Part shown: positions 30,761 through 44,034 of the stretch, piece by piece
How positions within the stretch are numbered: position 1 is the first letter of the stretch
Layout of the letters: each line of letters opens with the position of its first letter
DNA from: the human T2T-CHM13v2.0 reference genome, Homo sapiens
Strand: one strand, 5' to 3'
Assembly (NCBI RefSeq): GCF_009914755.1
Contig: NC_060928.1
DNA: 64,000 nt
Program-made: the position numbers and the translations under genes
The notes under the pieces: generated by a model
What the model was told of the DNA's origin: nothing
The model's database searches: none
Seen by the model: only the letters and a program-made list of their open reading frames with translations

Positions 30761-31934
30761 TGTTTTTTTATTATTATTATCATTATTTTAAACTGCAAAG
30801 CACAGACTCAGGTTCTTGAAGTATAGTGGTGAGAAAGGCTATGGGGAAAAGATGGAAGGTTGTTTTCTCCTCATAACCCAGTCTAGCTGATAATGATATT
30901 TGACATGTGGGAAGAATAATTAGGGATTATGAAGTTTTCGTTTCTCTCATAATTATATTAGAAAGCTAAGAGTCACTTGGTGGATCATAATTACTATAAT
31001 TCAGATAATCTGCAACTTTATGAAAATGTGTGCCTTCATTTCATGACAATTACTCTTCCCCAATGTCCTTCTAGCTTCAACAAAGTTATTGAGTTTCCAT
31101 AAATAGAAACAATATTTGCATTTGTAAATATATTATGCATGTGTATATATGATAATGCATCTTAACCTACCTTTTTATCATGTATAGAAATATAAAAGAA
31201 TGACAATCATCTAGCAAATTTCTACAAACGTTTTACTAGTTTAATAAAAACAAGCCCATGAAATACATACATTCCAACATTTCACCTATTAAATTGTGTA
31301 GAACTGCAGTAGTGTCTAAAGGCCATTCCACAAGCAACAACAATTACCATATATAAATATTAATATGCATGGGATTGATAAACAGAGCCAGATTTGCATT
31401 CCATACATAAAACTGTCAACTCACATTTCCATGATAAATGATGAAAAGAATCAAGGTGTACTCAGGCATATGAGCATTGCATTTATTTTCTGGGCTAGCA
31501 AAGGCATTATCTTTGTGTGTCTGATTCATTTGTTGTGCTAATTTTCAAGATACTCAATATTTTACCACAAAGTTAACATGATAGGTATATCTTAAAAGTG
31601 TCAGTGAAAAATATTGCAGTTTTCACAACTCTACAGAATATGATCCAGGAAGTTTTAATTTTTAAAAATTATTTTCTAATACATTGCTAGTTTTGGTAAA
31701 ACCCTTACCAAATAATCAGCAATTAAAGAAAAATATGTACTCTCAGCCTCCAAGTACTAAATTGACTACCTTAGAATAGAACATAAGCCTTTTTTAGTAT
31801 CTAGTAATATCGGTTATATGAAATAGAAAGAAAATATACTAATGCTTTCATGTGTTATACAGATAGCTCCTGCAAAATAAATGACTATGTTTAAATAATA
31901 CTTAGCATAAACATGTATGCCTACTCAACATATG

Positions 31935-32730
31935 CATAGGATCTTAACACTTCTGAAACTGAACTTCTCATATTCTCCTTCAAACCTATCCACTGCAAAG
32001 TTCCCTGAGATATATCCAGTTCCCACTACTTCCACAGCTACTCTTTCATCTCAGATGATATTATTCTTTCTTCTATAATGGATATCTAGACTCCCTGCTT
32101 CTATCACTGGCACTGCTAATGCCCTATTCTCAACTATTCTCAATACAATTACATTGAGATCCCTTTAAGACAAGCCAAATCATGTCACTCTTCTGCTAAA
32201 AATCCTGCAATGTCTTCTTATTTTACCCAGAGGAAAAGGTAAAATTCTTTAAAGGGCTTATAAAAGCCTCTTATGATCTAGCCCCTCATTATCATTCAAA
32301 GTCATCATCTACCGCACTGCAATCTTCCAAACAAGACTGCCTCCAGTTACACTGGGCTCCACTCCATTGTTCTGATTTACTTACCTTAATCCTGCTTTGG
32401 GATTAGGGCATTCATTGCACTCGATGTCTCCTCTGCCTGGAACAAGCTTCTTAATTTCCCCAACCCCAAAAATCCATAAAGCTAACCCTAATAATCGAGT
32501 CTTTACTTTCTCAACATATCCTATCCAGGTCATTGTATTTTACTCTGCAACCCCAACCCCTGTCACTGCCATATCTCTCACACTGTTTTACTTTTACTTA
32601 TTTGTCTATATCAATTAGAATATAAACTCCATAAAGCAAAATATCTTGTTCATTTTGTTCAAAGATGTAATTAAATAAACTAAAACAGGTCCCTAGTAAG
32701 CATTCAACAAATATTTCTAAGGGAATAAAT
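31935..32730 (+). mobile_element. L2 (L2a-like) 3' end
   Basis: aaactgaacttctcatatt, atcatgtcactcttctgctaaaaatcctgcaatg, tagaatataaactccataaagca and tagtaagcattcaacaaatattt occur in the expected order. Confidence 0.75.
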
Positions 32731-34295
32731 TGTCTGGATTTATTACTAGTGATAAAGCATACATGCACAATTTTAATTCTAGAAACAATAAGATGAGCAG
32801 TACAAGAAACACAAAATGCTATTGGTTGCAGAGGGAAAGTAATGTCTTGATTAAGATGCAAAGTAAAAATGAATACTTTACAGAAGATTGTATTTCAGAT
32901 AAGACTTTAAGGATTGGTAAAATTTTGACAAGTGGATAATAAAGGTGTGGGTGCTACGAGAAGCAGTCGAAAGAGGGGTTAAGAACGAAACTGACTACTG
33001 CTTGCTTTTTATGTTTCATCATTCTACTCCACACTGGGATAACACAGATGAACAACCTGATCACTAATTTCATATTGCTTGCTGCTAGTGAAATGTGTGT
33101 GTGTGGGGGGGTCTATCGTAATTCTAACAATCAATAGCAAAATAATGTACTAAAATAAAGAACATATAGAAGACTCCTCTGAGAAGACTTCTCAGAGAAA
33201 GTTGAAAAAGCATAAAAACTTTAAAAAATCAATTTCATTCAATAGTCCATAGACTTAGATTATATAAAACATTTGATGATGCTGTCAACATGAAAGCTCA
33301 GTTGCAGCTGATTTTATAAAACGTATTTACTTCACAGTTTAGTTTGGATATACTGTTGGCAAGGTTCTGGATCCCTAACCTACTTTGTCTAGCCACAGGA
33401 GTGGCATCCAGAAAGATGAATAAAAGGGAAGGTTCAGACAAATCCGTGACATTCCTGGACAGAAAAGTTCTCCCACTTCATTCCTATTTGTCCTATTCCA
33501 ATAAAAGTGGTTGGGCAATTTAGAAAAAGATAAAAAGCGCTTTTTCATTACTTTTATTATTTCATTACTTTTATCGTTACTCACAACTAAACTTCAGGCC
33601 AATTCTAAACTTTTCTTCTTCTACCATCAGCCCCACTTAGTTTCTTCAACCATTTCAAAACACAAAATCGCCTACAAACAAACATTTTCAACAGGTGAGA
33701 GGGGAAAAAATGGAGAACAGAGATTAACATATAATGCCTCAAGAATCCACTAACAACAACACAACTGTATCACACACCTCACACTCTACAACAACAAAAT
33801 AATAGTCTCCCCAAACCTACATAGGAAAAGGAATGTTCATACACTCTACTCTTTCGTCTGCAGTAGTTTTGAGTTTCATTTTTATTCCCTTGTCCTTTCT
33901 ACCAAAGCTAGATCTTTCTCTTTGTGTTTGCATTTCCCAGAAGTACTAAGGGAAAAGAAAACAGGGCAACTGCTTCCCCTTCATTTTTGTTGTTGTAGTT
34001 AACTCATTTTCACCCAATCTTGTGTTCAATACATTCTAAAAGAATAAATATAATCTCTGCAATGGAAAGCAGATGCTTTTCTTCAAAATATCTTCTCATA
34101 ATGGCGCAAATTCTCTTAAACAGCAGCGGCTACACTTTATCTCAACAACTTTTATTAACATGAATATTATATAATTATAGCTGTCTTTTAATGTTGATGT
34201 CTTTGTAAATACCATATATTAATTATTACAGTGGCTGCAATGTTACAATATAAATCAATGAGTCAGTGCATAATCAACAAGGTAAACATCAGTAA

Positions 34296-34769
<474 letters not shown>

Positions 34770-35244
34770 TAAAATAATCTTGGAGAAAGGAGGAAAATAA
34801 AATTCATCTTGTTTCACCATTATTATTTTTTACTGGAGAAACCGATGACTGGAACTATTAAATTACTTCCAAAAGAACCAGGATTGGAACTCGGGTTTCC
34901 TACACTAGTTTCTGTGTTCTCTTTTCATTTTAACACATGGCCTATTACCTCTTTATATTTTATGGAGAATAAAATCATCACAATAGAATGCTCCATAAAA
35001 TTATACATATGCCTTAAAATTTTTACATATCAATATAATCTTTTTGTTGTTAAATCCGCAGTCCATCCTTTTAGCTATTTCAGTTGCTGGGGGTGCTATA
35101 TAAGATTTTAATTGTGCAATATTGAACATTTCACATAAAAGAATGATGTATCTCTTGAGCTTTCAGGGAGACAAGAAAATTTAGTCTACGGAAGAACAAA
35201 AGCAAACAAAAAGCAAATAGGAAACTTCTCTCATGAGAAGTAAA

Positions 35245-36338
35245 CAATAGTACCCCATTATAGGGGGTGTGATGGTTGATATTGAGTATCAACTTGATCC
35301 AATTGAAGGCTGCAAAGTATTGTTTCTGGATGTGTTTGTGAGGGTGCTGCCAAAAGAGATTAACATTTGAGTTTGTGGACTGGGAGAGGCAGACCTACCC
35401 TCAATCTGGGTGGGCACCATCTAACAGCTGCCAGAGTAGTTAGGAGAAAAGCAGGCAGAAGAACCTGGAAGGACGAGGCTGGCTGAGTCTTCCGGCCTCT
35501 GTCTTTCTCCCATGCTGGATGCTTCCTGCTCTGGAACATCAGACTCCAAGTTCTTCTGTTTTTGGACTCTTGGACTTACAGCAGTGATTTGCCAGGGGCT
35601 CTCAGGCTTCAGCCACGGACTGAAGGCTGCATTATCAGCTTCCCTTCTTTTGTGGTTTTGGGACTTGGACTGGCTTCCTGGCTCCTCAGCTTGCAGGTGA
35701 CCTGTTGTGGGACTTCACTTAGTGATTGTGTGAGTCAATTCTCCTAATAAACCCCCCTTCATACATACATCTATCCTATTAGTTCTGTCCTTTTAGAGAA
35801 CCCTGACTAATACAGGGAGAAATGGAAATATATTTGTTCCAAGACTCCCAGTAGATGCCTAATACTGTGCTAGTGCCAAAGCTTATACATACACTATATG
35901 TTTTCCTATATATTGATATTTATGATAAAGTTTAATTTCTACATTAGGAACAGTAAAAGATTAACAACAATGACTAAAAATACAGTAGAACATTTATAAC
36001 AATATGCCAGCATCACTACTCTTGCACTTTGGCACCATTATTAAGTAAAGAGTTAATTGCACAAAAACACTGTGATACCGCAACAGTTAATATCATACCC
36101 CAGAGGGATACTAAGTGGGTAGTGTGTGCAGCTTGGATACACTGGACAAAGTGATGATTCATGTTATGGGTGGAACCAAGTGAGATGGTGTGAGATTTTA
36201 TCATATTACTCATAATGGCACACTATTTAAAGCTTATGAATTATTTCTGGAATTTTCCATGTAATATTTTTGGACCCTGGTTGACTGTGGGTAACTGAAA
36301 TCACGGAAAGTGAATCAATGGATAAGGGAGGACTACTA
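35245..36338 (-). mobile_element. MER44B-like (Tigger7 family) element interrupted by an MLT2A LTR
   Basis: Left TIR-like caatagtaccccattat and right ...ggataagggaggactacta followed by TA. Internal gttccaagactcccagtagatgcct and ggtaactgaaatcacggaaagtgaa match. Confidence 0.8.
35268..35814 (+). mobile_element. MLT2A (MLT2A2-like) ERVL solo LTR
   Basis: tgtgatggttgatattgagtatcaacttg...gagaaccctgactaataca. TSD ggggg versus gggag. Confidence 0.92.
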
Positions 36339-36403
36339 TAATATTTTAGACTACAATCTTAAGTATTATAAGCCTACAATTTCACATGCCGCTGCTTTCA
36401 CAT

Positions 36404-36838
36404 TGTTGAACCTTGTGGGGCACAAAAGGCCTAAAGGTGAGTCTCCTTGCTCTCAACAGACATACTCTGACCCAGCTAGTTGGATCAGGTGAGGCAGCTG
36501 CTCGCCATCTGGTCCTCAACCTAACAGGTTTTTTATGCCTGCCACCTCAAACAAGTTATTAGAACAAGTTCGTATCTTTCTCAGGTACTTCACCCTCTCA
36601 TTACTACCAAGCCTGCCTCCCACAGCCCTTGCTTGTTCAGCTTTGTCCCCTGTGCACCCTCTGCATGGCCTTGTGTCATGCCTGATACTACTCTGGAGCT
36701 ATGGGTATGTTTTAACAATAAACTTGTTTGATTTCATTTGTGCAATATTGGTCATCATATATTTGTTTTTTTTTTCATATTAGGTAAAGGAGACGATATC
36801 TTCCTCACCAGCAGGATAAATAATAGGTGATCAAAAGA
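36404..36838 (+). mobile_element. Probable old LTR, family unassigned
   Basis: GC-richer ~430 bp island starting with TG, with aataaa at about 36717 followed by a U5-like tail. Family not recognised. Confidence 0.35.
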
Positions 36839-38929
36839 CCCCAGAGCATGGTGCAAAAAAAAAATATGAAACAAACTAATTTTCCTCGATCTACATTTTG
36901 GAAAACCACTGTTATATTTTTCAGCTCCCAGTGGGAGTTTTTAATGCCTTTTTCAGCAACAAAACAAAACAAAACAAAACATTGCATTACATACCATAGG
37001 AGAGTAATGGAAAAGAGAAACAAAAATCCAGGATTAATTCTAAAGTCTTATATTCCTAAACACTATGAATATAGATAATAGGTCTTGATTTAAAGCTTTC
37101 CATATTAATTTAATCCCTTGTAAACTCTGCTGTTTCATAGAAATTATACTTTAAGATGAAGATTAAAAACAGAAAAAGAATATTTTGTGTCTGTTCATTC
37201 ATGTTATTCCTTGATTCATTGTAGCATAATGAACAAAATTTTAGTTTAAGATTAAAAACTTGCAATTATGGTGACAGTTAAATATATATTATAGAAACAT
37301 GAAAAAACTACAACTCTTTATGACATTCAGAGATCATGAAAACATGCTATTAAGAGATTTTCAATATAATACTAGAGTAACTTGGAAAAATATAAACTAA
37401 TAATTTAAAAACTTTGTGAAAGTCAACAGATAATATTTTATAATATAAAGTTAACATTCATTTTTTAAAACTTCAACTCTAGAGCCTAGAAGATTTGATG
37501 AAAGAGAAACTTTTTTATTCACTTTATTGATAATGTTCAATTGTAACATTTCTGCTGCATTTAAGATAGCACAATCTCACCTTACAAGCAAATTACTCAT
37601 GTCTATTTCCTATCTCGATAAGCACACCTAAGAGCATACGATTTTGTTTCCATTCACAGATGTACCATAGATACTTATGAGGAACATTTCCACATGTTGC
37701 ACACCTCCTTTAATTTTGTTTGTTAGTTGGTCCTTGTAGATCAACTTTATGGGTTTTATCTTGACCTATCACATTTATTTGTAACATATGATAATCTGAG
37801 CAAGAAGGCAAATGCACTTCCATTTTGACTCTCAACCTGGATATACATATTTCCCTGACAATGTGCAGCCTCCATTGTGAAGACTGAACTTGAGGATGTG
37901 TCTTAGAAAGACTCACCGGAACATTAGCCAGATGTTAACAATGTATATTACTGCAGGTCTAATTTGTTCTGAAAATCTCTTTGTGAACTTGACAAAGCCA
38001 TATGCCTCAGTATGTTCTTTCATCAGTTAAAAAAAAGGGGTTTGGGACTATTTCAGCAACAAAAATGCTATGAATATAATATTTTGACTAACTGCCTTTT
38101 AAATTTTTATATATTTTCCATTTGCATTCATTTAGGATATGTAATATATTCATATAGTTCAAAATGCAAGAGGCATACAATTGTAAAGAACATGTTGAAG
38201 GCCTACCCATCACTGTCAGCCTAATTTAGCCCACCTCAATGCTTTTGAGGTAACCACTGTCATTACTTTTGGATGCATCACTCCAAGGTGGCTTTATGCA
38301 ATTATAATTGTATACAATTACTTTCCTCTTTCTTCCAAAAAATAAAACTTACTCTATACAGTATTCTAAAGATTGGCTTTTTCATCATATGTATCTTGAG
38401 CTCTTTAATATTATAATATAGAAAGTTATCTTATTATCTTTTTCTGCTTTATGATAATGGTATTATAGTTTATTTTAGTAGTCCTTTATTAATAAATACT
38501 TGGGTTGTTCCCACTTTCTTGGTGTTACAGACTATATTTCAATGTATTACTTTATGCAATACTTTATCCAATCTATGCAGAAACATATGTAAGATAAATT
38601 CCCAGTGAGATGTGTTGTTCATAGGCTAGAAGCATTTATTTAGAGATATTGCTAAAACTTGTTTCATTAGAAGTACACCATTTTTTCTCCCACCATCTAT
38701 GTATGAAAGAACCTGTTTCTCCTTAGTTTGGGAAAGAATATTTTCTCATCATTTTGCATGTTTGTTAATCATAAATATAAAAAATAAATCTTGCTTTATT
38801 TCTAATTTGCATGTCTCACGAGTAAGTTTGAAGACTCACAAAAATTATTTTTTGAAAACATTTGAATTTATTTTTCTGTGATTTCTCTCTTCAATATCTC
38901 ATATTTTATGTATCTGTGAAGTATTTGCA

Positions 38930-41900
38930 TGTCTTAGTCCATTTATGCTTCTATAACAAAACACCTGAGACTGGATAATTTACATAAAACAGAAATTTAT
39001 TTTCTCACATTTCTGGAGGCTGGGAAGTCTAAGATTAAGGTGCCAACATATCCAGTGTCTGGAAAGGACTGCTCTCTCCTTCCAAAATGATGAGTTGCAT
39101 GCTGTGTTTGTGAGAGGGGAGGAATGGTATGTCCCTCCATGACAGAAGATAGAGAGCAAAAAGGGGTGAACCTCCTCTGTCAAGCCCTTTTATAATGGCA
39201 TTAATTCATTCACAACGGAAGGGCCCTCATGACATAAACACTTCCAGAAAGGCCCCACCTTTCAACATTAGTACATCGGGGATTTAGTTTCCAACATATA
39301 AAATTTGGGGGACATATTTAGGCCATAGCATTCTACTTCTGGCCCCCAAACTTTACATCCTTCTCACAAACAAAATACATACATTCCATCCCAATGGTAC
39401 CAAAAAGTCTTAACTCATTCCAGCACCAACTGTAAAGTCTAAGACGTAAGTCTTACCTAAACAACATATGGGTGAAACTTTAGGTACAATTCATCCTGAA
39501 ACAAATTCTCCCACTGTAATCTTGTGAAATCAAACAAGTTATGTCCACAATATAATTGTGGGACAGATATAGGTCAGATATTGCCATTCCAAAAAGGGGA
39601 AATAAAAAAGAATAAAGGGACAACAGGTCCCAAGTAAGTTGAGAACCCAACAGGGCAACATTAAATCTCAAGGCTTGAGAATAATCTTTTACTCCATGTC
39701 CTACTGTCCACAGGCACTGAAGTAAGGGGTGAGTCCTCAACGCTCCTGATGGCCTTACTCCTACAGCTTTGATGGGCATTGATCATGCTTCTCTTACAGG
39801 TTGCAATTAGGAGATCGTGGCCCTCCCAAGCTGGTGTTACATGCTGTGGCTCTACAGTAAGGGCTCTTGAGGCAGCCCATCCCCCATGGTTACTATACAG
39901 CCTTGCCTAACCAGAGACTGTGGTGGTTCTGCCCCTGCAGCAGTTCTCTCCCTGGGAGGCTTCTGGAGACATCCTTTGAAATCTAGGGGAGAAGGCCAGC
40001 CCTCCAGAACTTCTGTATCCTGTGCCTACAGAATTAGCACCATGTGGTTGCTGCCAAAGCTCACTGGTTGTGCCCTCTGGCATACTCCAGCATTAACTTC
40101 AAAACTGTTCCAGCCTCTGCAAACAGTCTCATTTATAATAGCATCAAAAAAAAAACTACTCAGGAATAAATTTAACCAAGGAAGTGAAAGATATCTATAC
40201 AACTATAAAACATTGATGAAAGAAATTAAAGATAATATAAATTAATGAAAAAATATTCCATGTTAACGGATTGGAAGAACTAACATTATTAAAATGTCCA
40301 CATCACACAGAGTGGTCTATAGATTTAATACAATCCCTATCAAAATTCCAGTATCATTTTTCATAAAAATAGAAAAAAAAATCCAATAATTTTTATGAAA
40401 CCACAAAACATCCTGAATAGCCATAAAAATCTTGAGCAAAGATTGAAAAAGAACAAAGCTGGAGACAACACACAAACAGATTTCAAAGTATATTACAAAG
40501 GTATGGTAATCAAAACAGCATGGTACTGGCATTAAAAACAGACACATCAACCCATGGAATAGGATAAAGACCCTAGCAATAAACCACACATCTATGGTCA
40601 ATTGAATTTTGAGAATGGTGCATGAACACTCAATTCAGAAAGAACAGTCTCTTCAATAAACTGTGATGGGAAAACTGGATATCCACATGCAGAAGAATAA
40701 AAGTAGAGCTTTATCTTACACTATGTACAAAAATCAACTAGAAATTAATCAAATTCTTAAATATAAAACCTGAAACTGTAAAACTAATAGAAGAAAACAT
40801 AGAGGAAAATCTCCATGAGATTGTGCCTTATTGGATAAGACACCAAAAGCACAAGCAACAAAATCAAACGTAGACAAATGGGATTGCATTGAACTAAAAA
40901 AACTTCTGCATAGCAAAAAAAATTAATAAAGTGAAGAGACAACTCATAGATTGAAAAAATATTTGGAAATCATACATCAGGTAAGAGGCAAATATCTAAA
41001 ATATACAAGGAACTCAAACTACTACAAAATAACCTTATTTTTAAAATGAGCAAAGGACTGAATAGATATTCCTCAAAAAAGACATACAAATTGCCAACAG
41101 ATGTATTTTTAAATCATCAACATCTCTAATCACCAGAGAGATGTAAAACCACAATGACATATTACCTCATACCTGTTAGCAGAGCTATTATTAAAAAGAC
41201 AAAAGATAATAAGTGTTGATGAGATATGGAGAACAGAAAACCCTGCACACTCCTGGGAATATTGTAAATTAGTACAGCCAATTTGGAAAACAGTACAGAG
41301 GTTAAAAAGCTAAAAATAGAATTAACATACGATCCAGCAATCCTACTTCTAGGTATATACCCAAAGAAATTGAAATCAGTATCTTGAAAGGATATCTACA
41401 CTTTCATGTTCATTGCAACACTATACACAGGAGCCAAGATATAAAAATAAACAAATTGTCCATCAAGGAATGAATGGATTTTTTAAATGTGTTATATATC
41501 CACAATGAAATATTATTCAGCCTTAAAAACAGAAAATTCTGTTGTTTGCAGCAATATAAATGAACCCAGAGAACATTATACTAAGTAGAATAAGCCAGGT
41601 ACAGAGAAACAAATACCATATGATAACACTTATATGTGAAGTCTAAAAATGTCAAATTCATGGAAGTAGAGAGTAAATGGTGATTACTAGAGGTGGGGAA
41701 TGTGAACGGGGAAAGGGGAGATGTTGGTCAAATGGTATAAAGATTTAGTTGGACAGGAGGAATAAGTTTTGGGGATCTACTGCACAATATGTTGAATATA
41801 GTTAATGATCATGTATTCTATTTTTAAAAACAGCTAAAAAGGAAGATTTTAAATAGTCTTACTACAAAAAATGATATATATTTGAAGTGATGGATATGCT

Positions 41901-42475
41901 AATTAGCCTGATTTGATCATTATATATGTATGTACTGAAACACTGTATTGTACCCCATAAATATATACAATTATTATTTACTAGTTAAAAAATATTCTAA
42001 CCTTTACCCAGTACTAAGGTTCAAAGCTGGTTCCACAGTTTTAGGGATTTTTATAGCCACATTCCACTCTTCTAGTATCAATTTCTGCCTTAGTCAATTT
42101 GTGCTGCCATAACAAAATACCTGAGACTGGGTAACTTCTAAAGAACAGAAATTTATTTTCTCAAAGTTCTAGAGGCTGGAACACCCAATATCTAGGTTCC
42201 ATCAAGTCTGGTGTCTTATAAGAGCTGCTCTTGGCTTTCAAGATGGTGCCCTTTAAGCTGTGCACTTCAGAGAAGAAAATGCTGTGTTCTCACATAGCAG
42301 AAGGTGAAAGGCTAAAAGAAGCAAACTCTCTGTTAAGCCCTTTTATAAAGGCATTAATTCATTCATGATGACAGAGCTCTCATGACGTAAACACCCCCAA
42401 AAAGGCCCCACCTTCTAAAACTGTTGCATTGGGGATTAAGTTTCCAAGACACGAATTTTAGCATTAGACATAGCA
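38930..42475 (-). mobile_element. MST-type MaLR provirus: LTRs at 38930-39330 and 42086-42475, internal sequence split by L1MA
   Basis: Two similar LTRs (tg.cttagtc.attt.tgct...atagca). MST-int sequence at 39331-40120 and 41993-42085, ending agtatcaatttc next to the 5' LTR. Confidence 0.88.
40121..41992 (+). mobile_element. 5'-truncated L1MA (about MA4/5), 3' 1.9 kb
   Basis: A-rich ORF2 remnant (YKTLMKEIKD, caatccctatcaaaattcca, cagcaatcctacttctaggtatatacccaaa) and a 3'UTR ending taccccataaatatatacaattatta. Decayed TSD aaaactgttccagcctctgc versus aaaaatattctaacctttac. Confidence 0.9.
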
Positions 42476-43946
42476 TTATATAATTAGGAAGATTAGCACT
42501 TCTAATTTAGGTAGATGAGTTGAAAATACATTTTTCCTAATTTGTCAATTGTTTCCTGACTTTGGTCACAGTGGGCTTTTTTTTTCTATATTTTTTACCC
42601 AGAAGTTGACATTTGTATAAGAAAAATTAAACATCTGTTGACATTTTGACTTTTGTATAAGAAAATTTAGCAATATTTTTCTTTATGGATTCCAAATATC
42701 AAATCATAATTGGAAAAACCGTCTCCAAGTTTATAAATGAATTTACACATATTCTCTATGTGTAAGGAAATTAAACATATTTCTACTACATTCATTATTT
42801 CACTTGTTTGCACTGAACTAGCTCTTCTAGAAAATTTATGTTTTTAATATTGAAATCTTGATATATATCCTGATATGAGTATATGTAAGGAGACATTCAA
42901 ACTTCACATTTATCTGAATGATTCAGATTTCCCATTAGTAATTTTTAACAGTGCACCTTTATTATAATTTGAGGGACCATATTTATTATATATTACATTC
43001 TTGTGTCTATTTGGGTTTATATGTGAACTTTTTGCTCAACTTTTCTATGTCCTATCTATGAATCAATACAATGCTATATTAATTTTGAAGCTTGAAGATA
43101 TATTTTAATAATTGATAAAGCTGTTTCAATTTGCCCTCTGGACTCTGCCACTGCGTTTTTTTCTGTTTGTTTGTTTGTTTTATTTTGTTGTCTGTTTGGG
43201 TTTTTTTTACTCTAGGTTCCTCTTGCTGCTTATGGAGAACAATCCTGATGTCAGAGTTCCTAACAGTTTGTGATTTTGATAACTATGCTGAATACGTTTC
43301 TCTCTAACATAATATTTTTTTCTTATATTCATTTTTTCAATATAATCTTGCCTCATATACACTTTTTACTAAGGACATTTTTAAAAAGTAGTGGGAACAG
43401 GGACAATTGTTGGAGACAGACATTTTACTCCTTGCCAGATGCTTTCCCTTCCTAAGAAAGCTTAGTAAGATCCATGATTAGTAAAACACCTCAAGGGAAT
43501 AAGAAAAGAAAATAGTTATTTTCCCAAAGATCTTAGGATTAGAGAAGCTGGGCATATTTCCAGCTTTCTCCACTTATCTCTTTTGGCTCCATTGCAGCAA
43601 AATATCTTCCCTTAAACACAATCATGCCTGAAGGAGAAAAGTTAGTTAACCCTTTGATCTTCATATCTTTGAACCAATTTAGCGTACTATGGAATCATGG
43701 ATAACTCTGGTAATAGTCAAACTGCTTTGACATGTTAGCCAAACATTCACCCACAGAATCTCTCTCACCGGCCAGGCATCATTCATATTATTCAGAGATA
43801 TTTTGGGAAAAAGTCTTACTATATAACATGCTAGCACTGAAAATTCTACGTGTTACCTAAGTACTTCTGTCTCTATACTCACAAGGAATATTGTCCAAGT
43901 ATGAAATCCATTCTAAAACTCTGTACTCTGAAAACAATTTTTAAAA

Positions 43947-44034
43947 ACATATATATATATACACACACATATATATACACATATATGTACATATATACAC
44001 ATATATATGTACACACACACACACACGTGTGTGT
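43947..44034. repeat. Compound (TA)n/(CA)n microsatellite
   Basis: Read directly from the sequence. Ends in the palindrome acacacacgtgtgtgt. Confidence 0.92.

Larger units (their letters stand above)
38090..43130 (-). mobile_element. Old L1ME-like fragment split by the MST provirus (pieces about 38090-38929 and 42476-43130)
   Basis: Antisense L1 3' motifs (gaggtaaccactgtcattac, ttgggttgttcccact, gataaattcccagt, ctcccaccatc) resume after 42476. Confidence 0.55.
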
